Positions 1-6,693 of a DNA stretch of 40,147 nt are shown here, piece after piece. The stretch comes from a virus. Under the pieces are notes generated by a model, which did not search any database, was not told the origin of the DNA, and worked only from the letters and a program-made list of their open reading frames with translations. How positions within the stretch are numbered: position 1 is the stretch's first letter; each line of letters starts with the position of its first letter. The stretch spans positions 1-40,147 of the IMG/VR virus record IMGVR_UViG_3300045988_143954; one strand, given 5' to 3'. The translations under genes were made by a program, and so were the position numbers.

Positions 1-84
1 CCAGTCGCAGTCGATGGCGGACTCGCCCACCACGATGCAGTTGACGCGGCGCGTGTCCCGGAGCGTGGCCTGGCAGTCGTAGAC
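1..84. repeat. Terminal overlap copy 1 (identical to 40064-40147)
   Basis: ccagtcgcagtcgatggcgg...ggcctggcagtcgtagac is read identically at both window ends. Confidence 0.95.
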
Positions 85-222
85 AGTGGATCCCGCGGCT
101 AAGGATCCAAGATCGACGCAATCGGCCTTGGCCGGACCGTCGTGATCGCGTACTGCGGTGCCGCAGGCGGCGAGCGCCAGCGTGACGATTACCGCAATGG
201 CGAGTGCGAGCGGTCTTCTCAT
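1..222 (-). CDS. Small secreted lipoprotein, 5' part of a junction-spanning 83-aa gene (3' end at 40034-40147)
   Basis: ATG at 222-220 forms an ATGA overlap with the upstream stop. MRRPLALAIAVIVTLALAACGT is a signal peptide plus lipobox LAAC. The frame runs off base 1 and resumes at 40147. Confidence 0.6.
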   Translation of the reverse strand, partial: MRRPLALAIAVIVTLALAACGTAVRDHDGPAKADCVDLGSLAAGSTVYDCQATLRDTRRVNCIVVGESAIDCDW

Positions 223-461
223 TCCGTGGCCTCCTTTACCGCCATTCCGCGGTCTGCGGCGTCCAGTAGCCGTTCGTAGTGTTCGGGCGTCACCGTGACG
301 ATGGGTTTGAATCCGAAGCGTTTGATGCAGTCCAGGCAGACGCTGGTGGCCTGCTTCGCATCGTTGCCGTGCACGAGGATGATGGTCTGTTTGGTTGCGG
401 CGTCGACGCGGAGCTTGCCGCAGATGTCGCACTGGTCGATGCTTTGTGGTGCGAGGCTCAT
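219..461 (-). CDS. Small zinc-ribbon-like protein (80 aa), hypothetical
   Basis: Only the C-terminal 80 aa of ORF 219-872 look protein-like (CDICGK...CLDC, two CxxC pairs). ATG at 461 overlaps the stop of the upstream gene (ATGA). Confidence 0.65.
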   Translation of the reverse strand: MSLAPQSIDQCDICGKLRVDAATKQTIILVHGNDAKQATSVCLDCIKRFGFKPIVTVTPEHYERLLDAADRGMAVKEATE

Positions 462-1024
462 TGGTGCTCCTTGATGGTGTCGATGATGGTTCGGTATTCG
501 GCGATGTCCCTGGTGAGGCAGTCGAGTGCGCGGTGGGTTCCCGCGGGGTGTTTCGGCCAGTTGGGGATGGTTTGTCTGGCGAGGATGCGCAGGCCGCTCA
601 TGTCGAGATGGTGGTAGTCGAGCTGTTCGAGGGTAAGGCCGAGGGCCGCGTGGATCCAGTCGAGGTCGAATTGGACGTTGGTGCCGGCCGGGTGAAGCAC
701 GTATCGGTCGGCGAGGTCGGTGAGCAGGTCGTGGATGCTTTCGGTCGCGCGGTATGTGGTGTCGCTCTCGGGTCCGAAGACGTCGTCGATCAGCCCGTTG
801 CGCGAGTGGAGCTCGATGATGGCGTAGGCGGTGGACGGGGTGAGGCGGATGGCGGAGTGGCGTATGCTCCACTGCCAGGCCACGTCCTCGATGGCGTTGG
901 CGGGCCGTTCCATGCCCTGCATGTCGGTGAGCATCATGGCGACTTCGAGAAGCTGGCCGTCGCGGGGGCTGATGCTGGTGGTTTCGGTGTCGATCCAGAT
1001 GAGCCGGTGGGGCTTGTCGGTCAT
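458..1024 (-). CDS. DEDDh 3'-5' exonuclease, oligoribonuclease (Orn)-like
   Basis: LIWIDTETTS (ExoI), GTNVQFDLDW (ExoII), HHLDMSGL and HRALDCLTRDIAEY (ExoIII H-x4-D). Layout resembles Orn/RNase T. Confidence 0.8.
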   Translation of the reverse strand: MTDKPHRLIWIDTETTSISPRDGQLLEVAMMLTDMQGMERPANAIEDVAWQWSIRHSAIRLTPSTAYAIIELHSRNGLIDDVFGPESDTTYRATESIHDLLTDLADRYVLHPAGTNVQFDLDWIHAALGLTLEQLDYHHLDMSGLRILARQTIPNWPKHPAGTHRALDCLTRDIAEYRTIIDTIKEHQ

Positions 1025-1043
1025 TGTCGTGTCCTTTCAGGGG

Positions 1044-1118
1044 TTATCTGCGGTTGGCGAGCCATCCGATCAGGGTGGCGAGCGCGATGAGGATGATCGC
1101 CGTGAGGTCCTGGTTCAT
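1044..1118 (-). CDS. Possible 24-aa transmembrane peptide
   Basis: MNQDLTAIILIALATLIGWLANRR. ATG forms an ATGA overlap with the stop of the 1115-2275 gene. Too short for the ORF track. Confidence 0.3.
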   Translation of the reverse strand: MNQDLTAIILIALATLIGWLANRR

Positions 1119-2275
1119 GCGATCTGCTCCAGTGGATCGGTTTCGGTCACACCGTGGATGGTCTGCTGCACCGCTTCGGCCTGACTGACGCCTTGGTTGA
1201 GCAGATTTGCCAGAGTCTGGCGGACGCGTTCACGGTCCATGCCTTCGGGCAGATTGCGCAGGAACGTGCTGGTGCGCAGGATCTTGCCCACATGCTCGCA
1301 GAACGCGTCATGTCGGTGTGGGCCGTCCGGAGCGGTGTCGGCGGCGCTCTCCGGAGTGGTGACGTGCAGGCCGTCGGGGTCTCGGGCTTCGGGTTCGATC
1401 CAGGTGCGGAACCCGTAGTCGAGGCTTTCGAGTGTGGGGCGGAGCCGGTAGGCGTCGAGTCCCCTGGCGTGGAGCTTGAGCCGGAATCTGGCGGCGAGCG
1501 CCGTGATATCGACCGTGGGCAGGCCGTTGGCGGCGAGTTCGTCGGCGAGCGCCTGGCATGCGGGGGTGGGTTCCCACAGGTCGATGAGTTCGCTTTCGCT
1601 GCGGGCTTGCGGTTGGGTGTCGGGTTCGGGGTCTCGCGTGCGCGTGCGCGTGGCCCCACCCTCACCGTCAGGTGAGGGTTTCTTAGTTCTTCCTTCTTCC
1701 TTCTTCTTTCTTATAGGGCGTGACTTGGGTGTGACGGTCGTGGATGTCACATGCGTGTCACTGTGACATTCGTGTGACATCGGTGTGACATGCGTTTCTG
1801 TCACGTTGGTGTCGCGGGTGGATGACGGTTCGGACGGGCCGGCGTCGGCCGTGGACGCCTCATTGGTCTCATCGACCTCATCGGCCTCATTCGCCTTGGT
1901 GAGGTTGGTGTTGGTGCGGCTTTTGCGTTTGCGTTCGGCGAGCGCCTGGCGTTTGGCCTGGATGTCGACGCGTGTGTCCTGCCATTTCTCGAAGCCGCTG
2001 ATGTGCCAGCCGCCGTCGGCGGGTTGGAGCATGCCTAGTTCCTCGAGCAGGGTGATGCTGTCCTGGTCGGCGTGGAGTTTGTATCGGAGGATGTTCTCGT
2101 CGACGAATCCGAGGGGCCAGTCGCCCCTGGTGTCGGCGCAGCGTTTGGTGGTGTCGGCGAGCGCGGCGATGTAGTAGCCGATGGCCTGGGGGCGTTGGAC
2201 GAGGAGTCGTTGGATCTTGGGGTCGTCGGCGAATCCCTGGTCGAGCCGGCAGAACGGCAGTTCGGTCTTGCTCAT
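1115..2275 (-). CDS. Phage replisome organizer / replication initiator (DnaD-like N-terminal domain)
   Basis: The N-terminus (FCRLDQGFADDPKIQRL...ISGFEKWQ) matches the general replisome-organizer N-domain pattern. A basic, low-complexity linker is encoded by the iteron/pyrimidine tract. ATGA-coupled to its neighbours. Confidence 0.65.
   Translation of the reverse strand: MSKTELPFCRLDQGFADDPKIQRLLVQRPQAIGYYIAALADTTKRCADTRGDWPLGFVDENILRYKLHADQDSITLLEELGMLQPADGGWHISGFEKWQDTRVDIQAKRQALAERKRKSRTNTNLTKANEADEVDETNEASTADAGPSEPSSTRDTNVTETHVTPMSHECHSDTHVTSTTVTPKSRPIRKKKEEGRTKKPSPDGEGGATRTRTRDPEPDTQPQARSESELIDLWEPTPACQALADELAANGLPTVDITALAARFRLKLHARGLDAYRLRPTLESLDYGFRTWIEPEARDPDGLHVTTPESAADTAPDGPHRHDAFCEHVGKILRTSTFLRNLPEGMDRERVRQTLANLLNQGVSQAEAVQQTIHGVTETDPLEQIA
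1731..1805. repeat. Iteron array (TGTGACAT family), putative origin of replication
   Basis: TGTGACAT occurs at 1762, 1773 and 1784 (11-bp phasing). An inverted copy ATGTCACA lies at 1744-1751, with partial GTGAC copies at 1731, 1755 and 1799. Confidence 0.55.
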
Positions 2276-2514
2276 GGCTCAGTCCTTTTCCAGAGTGCGG
2301 TGGATGCAAGCGCGACGCTGCGTCTGGCCTGGTTGAGGCCGGCGAGCGCGCTGGTGTAGTGTTCGAGGATGTCCTCGGGGGCTCCGTTGTCGCGGAGCGT
2401 GTTGAGGTCGTGGATGAGTTGCTCCACGGTGTTGAGGATCTGGCTGGTCTGGCCGCTGTCGACGGCGCGGCGGATGCGGTAGGCGTCGTGCGCCTTGGTG
2501 GTTGATGGCGTCAT
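2272..2514 (-). CDS. Hypothetical early protein (80 aa)
   Basis: MTPSTTKAHDAYRIRR... is the only protein-like part of ORF 2272-2658. ATGA overlaps at both ends. Confidence 0.6.
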   Translation of the reverse strand: MTPSTTKAHDAYRIRRAVDSGQTSQILNTVEQLIHDLNTLRDNGAPEDILEHYTSALAGLNQARRSVALASTALWKRTEP

Positions 2515-2693
2515 CGTTCGGATCCCTTCCGCTGGTGGTCGCGGATGGCCTGGACAATCCGGTCGAGGTTGTCGCTGGTGATGATGATGGTGACGCGGCT
2601 TGCGGTGGTGCCCGCCACGTGGGTGACGGTGAAGTCGATGTCCTCGATGCTGATGCACGAGGTGTCGCCGCTGGACGCGATGTCGATGTTCAT
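2511..2693 (-). CDS. Hypothetical early protein (60 aa)
   Basis: MNIDIASSGDTS...RDHQRKGSER. ATGA overlaps at 2511-2514 and 2690-2693. Confidence 0.55.
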   Translation of the reverse strand: MNIDIASSGDTSCISIEDIDFTVTHVAGTTASRVTIIITSDNLDRIVQAIRDHQRKGSER

Positions 2694-3151
2694 GACTGGT
2701 GCTCCTCTACGGGTCTGGTGTGGAAGTCGAATCGCCACAGGCCGGTTTGGCCGGTGGGCGTGGTGTCGTGTTCGAAGATGGTGCGTCGGATGACGTGGTA
2801 GTCGTCGTCGGTCCAGTAGCCGGCGTCGGTGAACCCGTCGATCAGCGGTTTGACGGTCGGATAGAGGTTGGGCGGGTCGAACCGTGCCGCGGGTTTGGGC
2901 AGGTGGATGCGGCAGAGCAGGTCGATGCGCCGGTCGCCGTTCGGCCGGGCCATTCGCCGGTTGAGCAGGTCGAGCATCAGGTACTGGCCCTTGACCCTGA
3001 GGTTGCGTTCGCGTTGGGCGTTCGCGTACACGCTGCCCTGGCTGTTGTTGCTTTTGCGGAGCACGTTTTTGGCCACGTCGACGCTGATCAACGGGGTCCA
3101 TCCCTGGATCGGATCCGGGACTGCGGAATGGTTCAGGTTGATGGGTGTCAT
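2690..3151 (-). CDS. rusA: RusA-like Holliday junction resolvase
   Basis: FDPPNLYPTVKPLIDGFTDAGYWTDDDYHV resembles the RusA D-x-x-N-L-x-K-x-x-x-D-x-L...W-x-DD core. The internal start MTPINL at 3151 forms an ATGA overlap with the upstream stop. Confidence 0.7.
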   Translation of the reverse strand: MTPINLNHSAVPDPIQGWTPLISVDVAKNVLRKSNNSQGSVYANAQRERNLRVKGQYLMLDLLNRRMARPNGDRRIDLLCRIHLPKPAARFDPPNLYPTVKPLIDGFTDAGYWTDDDYHVIRRTIFEHDTTPTGQTGLWRFDFHTRPVEEHQS

Positions 3152-3801
3152 GACTCCTCCCCCACGTATTGGGCGTACACGCACCATTTGCCCTCATGCC
3201 TGTGGTCCGGGGCGATCTCGGCCCGGTAGGCGCCCTCGGGTTTCCACGCCATGGTGCGCGCCTTGCGGATGGTGCGGCGAAGTTCGTAGGCGGTTTTGCG
3301 GGTCAGGTCGTCGGCGATGCGCGCGGGCTTCGGGAACCGCTTCAGCGCCATGGCCGGATCGTCCCATTTGCCGGTGGTCGCGGTCGGGGTGACGATGTCG
3401 TCGGGGAAGCGTTCGACGAACTCCACACAGCGCAGCAGACGCAGGTCCTCGTCCGTCCGCGCGCCGTCATCCCCAGCCTCGCCGAGGTTCAGGGCCTTGA
3501 AGTACTCCTCCCCGCCGGCGACTGGCCTGACGGCGTCGGGTTCCTGATCTCCATACATCTCGTGTTCGATGATCCGTTTCGCCGTGCCGGCATCCGTCAC
3601 CCTCACCGTGCTGGGCGCCGGCACGGCGAGGGTGACGGACGCCGGTGAGGTCGGGGCGGTGCCCGGTCGTTTGCGACCGGCGCTCTTGCACCAGCGGCCC
3701 ACGGCGATGCGTTCGGACTGTTCGAGGGCGTCCCAGCCCTGAGCGCACGCGATGTCGTACAGTTGTTCGAGTTCCTTCTCCGAATACTTGCTGGCCATCA
3801 T
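3148..3801 (-). CDS. Hypothetical early protein (217 aa)
   Basis: Ordinary amino-acid composition, unlike the R/P-rich overlapping frames. Lies in the coupled early operon. Confidence 0.7.
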   Translation of the reverse strand: MMASKYSEKELEQLYDIACAQGWDALEQSERIAVGRWCKSAGRKRPGTAPTSPASVTLAVPAPSTVRVTDAGTAKRIIEHEMYGDQEPDAVRPVAGGEEYFKALNLGEAGDDGARTDEDLRLLRCVEFVERFPDDIVTPTATTGKWDDPAMALKRFPKPARIADDLTRKTAYELRRTIRKARTMAWKPEGAYRAEIAPDHRHEGKWCVYAQYVGEES

Positions 3802-3814
3802 CGGCTCCTTCCTG

Positions 3815-4279
3815 TCAGTTCCATGGGTCGGTCGTCGGATCGTACGCGCCGAACGGATCCCCGGCCGGCGGCACGGCCGGTCCGGGATCCGCGGTGACGG
3901 CGGGACGCTGGCCGCGGGCGCGGGTCACGCTGACCGTGGCGTGGTCCACCGCGGCGGCGAGGCTTTCCAACTGCCAGACCACGCCGCGCACCCTGGTGCC
4001 GTCCCGGCTCATGTACTCGTTGGCTTTGGGGCGGGCGATCGCGATGACCTCGTCGCCCTTGGAGAAGCTCGACGCGATATGCTCCGCCAGGCTCCTCCAC
4101 GCCTCGCACTCCCAGTAGAACGGGTCGCCGTCCTCCCACCGGTTGGTGTCGCGGTTCCGCACGCGCCCGCTGCTCGCGATGCTCAGCTTGCACACGCTCA
4201 CGCCGCCGGCGGTGGCGCGCAGTTCGGGGTCGCGGGTCAGCCTGCCCCTGATGGTGACCTGGTTCGGGTCCTTGGCCAT
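3815..4279 (-). CDS. ssb: Single-stranded DNA-binding protein
   Basis: OB-fold N-terminus (VTIRGRLTRDPELRATAGGVSVCKLSIA...WEDGDPFYWECEAW) and a Pro/Gly-rich tail ending in an acidic tip (DPTTDPWN). Confidence 0.9.
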   Translation of the reverse strand: MAKDPNQVTIRGRLTRDPELRATAGGVSVCKLSIASSGRVRNRDTNRWEDGDPFYWECEAWRSLAEHIASSFSKGDEVIAIARPKANEYMSRDGTRVRGVVWQLESLAAAVDHATVSVTRARGQRPAVTADPGPAVPPAGDPFGAYDPTTDPWN

Positions 4280-4291
4280 ATCGGTTTCCTC

Positions 4292-4624
4292 CTATTCCTC
4301 GTATCGGCTCATGTAGCGTTCGATTTCCTTGCGGGTCACGCGACGCCATCCCAGCGTGCCCCTACGGCTCCGCGGCCTGAAGGTGATCAGCAGTCCACTG
4401 TTCGCGTCCAGGCGGAGCGCCTCGTAGTCCAGGCCGAACGTCTCGGCCGCCTCGGGCAGCGTCCACGACTCGCGATCCTTCGGTGCGACCCGGTTGCGCG
4501 GCGTGCGGATCCCGTACGTCTCGGACAGGAGACGACGGGCCTCCACGGCGCTGGCGGAGCGTCCGGCGATGCCGGCGATCACGCTCGTCTCGCCCATGAC
4601 GGGCATCGATTGGGTCATGCTCAT
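4292..4624 (-). CDS. Excisionase/MerR-like HTH DNA-binding protein (110 aa)
   Basis: WTLPEAAETFGLDYEALRL...WRRVTRKEIERYM. Internal start MSMTQS at 4624 overlaps the upstream stop (ATGA). Confidence 0.6.
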   Translation of the reverse strand: MSMTQSMPVMGETSVIAGIAGRSASAVEARRLLSETYGIRTPRNRVAPKDRESWTLPEAAETFGLDYEALRLDANSGLLITFRPRSRRGTLGWRRVTRKEIERYMSRYEE

Positions 4625-4824
4625 TCCGTCACCTCGCTCTCGTCCGGAACGTCCAATGCGTCGAGCGTCCACGCCAGCACCCGCGGCAGCAGGAGCCCGA
4701 CACCGGACGCCAGGAACGCGGCCAGGGCCATGGTGTTCCCCAACGGGTGCATGCATGCGTCGTGCGTCACAAGCCAGCAGAACGACACGACCGACACCAT
4801 CACGGACAACGTTCGCCTCATCAT
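4621..4824 (-). CDS. Small membrane protein (67 aa, 2 predicted TM helices)
   Basis: Hydrophobic stretches VMVSVVSFCWLV and ALAAFLASGVGLLL. ATGA overlaps at both ends. Confidence 0.6.
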   Translation of the reverse strand: MMRRTLSVMVSVVSFCWLVTHDACMHPLGNTMALAAFLASGVGLLLPRVLAWTLDALDVPDESEVTE

Positions 4825-5171
4825 CGGGTCCTCTCCTCGCCAGTCGCCTTCCGGTATTCGTCGTCATCGATCTCAAGTCCGTCGATCGTGTGGAGCGTTT
4901 CGGTAGTCAGGTCCCCCGGCTTGATGTCGCCGTCGAGGAAATGGGTTATGCCTTTGGTCATGGCGATGAGCGCGACCGACGTCATCATCGCGGTCAGCCG
5001 CCCCATCGTCGCGTTGACCGTCGCCTCCGCGAACCCCTTACCAGGGTCGAGAGGCAACCTCACCGTGCACGGCTCGAACACGTCACCGCAACCGGGAACG
5101 CTCAGAACAAGCCGGAACTCGGCCATCCCGGCCACATCGGACTTGCTATCATTGGACTGGGTGGGCATCAT
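4821..5171 (-). CDS. Hypothetical protein, first gene of the early operon (116 aa)
   Basis: RBS gaaaggaagg lies upstream of the ATG at 5171. Normal amino-acid composition. Confidence 0.65.
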   Translation of the reverse strand: MMPTQSNDSKSDVAGMAEFRLVLSVPGCGDVFEPCTVRLPLDPGKGFAEATVNATMGRLTAMMTSVALIAMTKGITHFLDGDIKPGDLTTETLHTIDGLEIDDDEYRKATGEERTR

Positions 5172-5188
5172 GCCTTCCTTTCACTCAG

Positions 5189-5235
5189 ACCGTCCCGAAA
5201 AGATTTCCTAGGTCCCTCGGGACGGTTTATTTTTG
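5189..5235 (+). terminator. Intrinsic terminator-like hairpin with T-tract (plus orientation)
   Basis: Stem accgtcccga (5189-5198) pairs with tcgggacggt (5217-5226), followed by ttatttttg. It lies in the 5' leader region of the minus-strand early operon. Confidence 0.45.
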
Positions 5236-5306
5236 CTGGAGCATTGTGTTGTAGTCTTAAACCGTTCTTGTCTTGCATCCTCGGTCAGGTCATCGAAGGC
5301 GTTCGT

Positions 5307-5933
5307 ATGTGCATCAGTGATTTCCTGCAGACAGTCGTGAACGTGCTGTCGGTCCCTTCGTTCGGGTTCGTGATCTGGCAGATATTACGAGCCGAGGGCA
5401 TGCGCGCCCCAAGGATGCTGACCGTGGCCATACACAGACGTGACCCGATCAGGGTCAGCGACACCGGCACTCCCATGAGACGGTTCGCGGTCGAGGTCAC
5501 ACCAGGAAGCCCCGATGAAGCGTACGACGTCCACCTATGGCCGGCGTCGGGAAACGCCAGAATGCTGCTGGACATGGGCCAGCCGTACGTACCATGGCTG
5601 GGATTCGAGGAAGAACGCCGTGCTATGGGAGAATTCGTCGCGCCCTTCGAGGAAAGCGTATGGGTAGCGGTCATCTGGCATTCACCTTCCCCGATCCGAA
5701 GAAGATCCGTCGCACAGTCCTTACGCATCCGGATCGCCCCAATCGGACCGAAAGAAGAATCGTTGTCACCTGATATTGAGCTTGAGGCATGGCGCTGGTA
5801 TCGGACCGCACCGATTCGGAACATGCTGAATCGGTTCCTTCGGAATCCGCTGCCACTCGGAAGCTACCGCCGTCAAGACCTCGACCATTGGTGGAAGTCG
5901 CACATCCCGGTGAACGACGGAACAATCGCCTGA
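5307..5933 (+). CDS. Membrane-anchored hypothetical protein (208 aa), opposite strand to the early genes
   Basis: This is the protein-like C-terminal part of ORF 4494-5933 (MCISDFLQTVVNVLSVPSFGFVIWQIL...). It has an N-terminal TM helix and a GAAGG RBS 7 nt upstream. The overlapping minus-strand ORF is Ser-rich junk. Confidence 0.6.
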   Translation: MCISDFLQTVVNVLSVPSFGFVIWQILRAEGMRAPRMLTVAIHRRDPIRVSDTGTPMRRFAVEVTPGSPDEAYDVHLWPASGNARMLLDMGQPYVPWLGFEEERRAMGEFVAPFEESVWVAVIWHSPSPIRRRSVAQSLRIRIAPIGPKEESLSPDIELEAWRWYRTAPIRNMLNRFLRNPLPLGSYRRQDLDHWWKSHIPVNDGTIA

Positions 5934-5942
5934 AACCACTCA

Positions 5943-6164
5943 TCACGCCACCAGCTTCTGCGAGCGCGGCACCATCGGAATGCCATCCGTCAAATTGAAG
6001 CCAATCACGATTTTTTGGAATTCGTTAGGGCTAGGTTCTTCGCCATTTTTCAATTCAGTCAAACGCTTTTCGCTGACGCCACATGCACACATGAATGCAA
6101 CATCGCTCAGTCTGCGTTCCTTTTGAAGGGCTTCAAGATACCCAGGCGCTATCGCAATTCCCAT
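5943..6164 (-). CDS. XRE-family HTH regulator (73 aa), Cro-like by position
   Basis: HTH RLSDVAFMCACGVSEKRLTELKNG. RBS gaaggagg. Faces the early genes from the divergent promoter region. Confidence 0.8.
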   Translation of the reverse strand: MGIAIAPGYLEALQKERRLSDVAFMCACGVSEKRLTELKNGEEPSPNEFQKIVIGFNLTDGIPMVPRSQKLVA

Positions 6165-6206
6165 ATTCCGCCTCCTTCTCGATGGTATCTACAGTTTCTG
6201 TAGTTC

Positions 6207-6235
6207 ATCTTATGTTTTTTGAAGATTCTTGTCAA
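6207..6235 (-). promoter_or_regulatory. Leftward switch promoter, TTGACA-17-TAAGAT
   Basis: The minus strand reads TTGACAagaatcttcaaaaaacaTAAGAT. Confidence 0.55.
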
Positions 6236-6260
6236 CAGAATCTGAAGAGTGTTGTATAAT
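6232..6260 (+). promoter_or_regulatory. Rightward switch promoter, TCAACA-17-TATAAT
   Basis: Perfect -10 at 6255-6260. Its -35 overlaps the -35 of the leftward promoter. Confidence 0.55.
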
Positions 6261-6284
6261 TTCTGAAGATGAAAGGAGGTGAAT

Positions 6285-6641
6285 ATGTCAGATTTTCAAG
6301 ATTGGCTCGAAAAGGTTACCCATGGAGATAGCGCCATGAAAATCGCGGAAAAGGCGAACTTGAACTATACGACCTTCTACACGCACAAACGCGACGATAA
6401 AATCACAACCGATGAAATCATCGCAATCGCTAGAGCATACGAAATCCCGATAATTGAAGCGTTAGTTCACTCAAACGTGATTTCGCGAGACGAGGTAGGC
6501 CAAGAGAAAGACCTCAGATCATATTCCGTTCTCGAGCTCTGCCAAGCAATTCTCTGGAGAACCGAGCACGGACTGGACAAAGATGACGCCAACCGGTCAG
6601 ACACTTTCTCACGAGCATCTCAAAATATCAAAGAAAAATAA
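6285..6641 (+). CDS. CI-like HTH repressor candidate (118 aa)
   Basis: HTH-like SAMKIAEKANLNYTTFYTHKR...IIAIARAYEIP. RBS aaaggagg lies 5 nt before the ATG at 6285 (the ORF track starts at GTG 6279). Followed by a terminator. Confidence 0.7.
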   Translation: MSDFQDWLEKVTHGDSAMKIAEKANLNYTTFYTHKRDDKITTDEIIAIARAYEIPIIEALVHSNVISRDEVGQEKDLRSYSVLELCQAILWRTEHGLDKDDANRSDTFSRASQNIKEK

Positions 6642-6647
6642 ATGAAT

Positions 6648-6693
6648 TCGCCCCGGTCTCTTCGCGAGCGCCGGGGCGATTCGTTTGGTTTTA
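6648..6693. terminator. Bidirectional terminator hairpin (family copy A)
   Basis: tcgccccgg...ccggggcga followed by ttcgtttggtttta. Lies between convergent genes. Confidence 0.7.

Larger units (their letters stand above)
6189..6269. promoter_or_regulatory. Operator-like repeats in the switch region
   Basis: Palindromes CTACAGtttCTGTAG (6189-6203) and AGATTCTtgtcaacAGAATCT (6223-6243). TGAAGA occurs at 6220, 6243 and 6264. Confidence 0.5.

Noticed and set aside
4494-5306. Upstream 270 codons of ORF 4494-5933, and likewise the N-terminal extensions of ORFs 219-872, 2272-2658, 2511-3197, 4292-4876, 13558-15123, 15961-16923, 34389-35921 and 35795-37477
   Set aside because: The extensions overlap better-supported genes and are R/P/H-rich. 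In each case an internal Met with an RBS or an ATGA overlap gives a sensible protein, so I trimmed them.
6663-6670. GCGAGCGC recurring in the loops of several hairpins (6663, 8139, 9994, 11171) as a possible specific motif
   Set aside because: The same octamer (GGCGAGCGC or its complement) is common throughout the coding sequence of this genome, where it encodes Ala-Leu-Ala-type stretches. Its occurrence in the loops is not clearly significant beyond the paralogy of the terminator copies.
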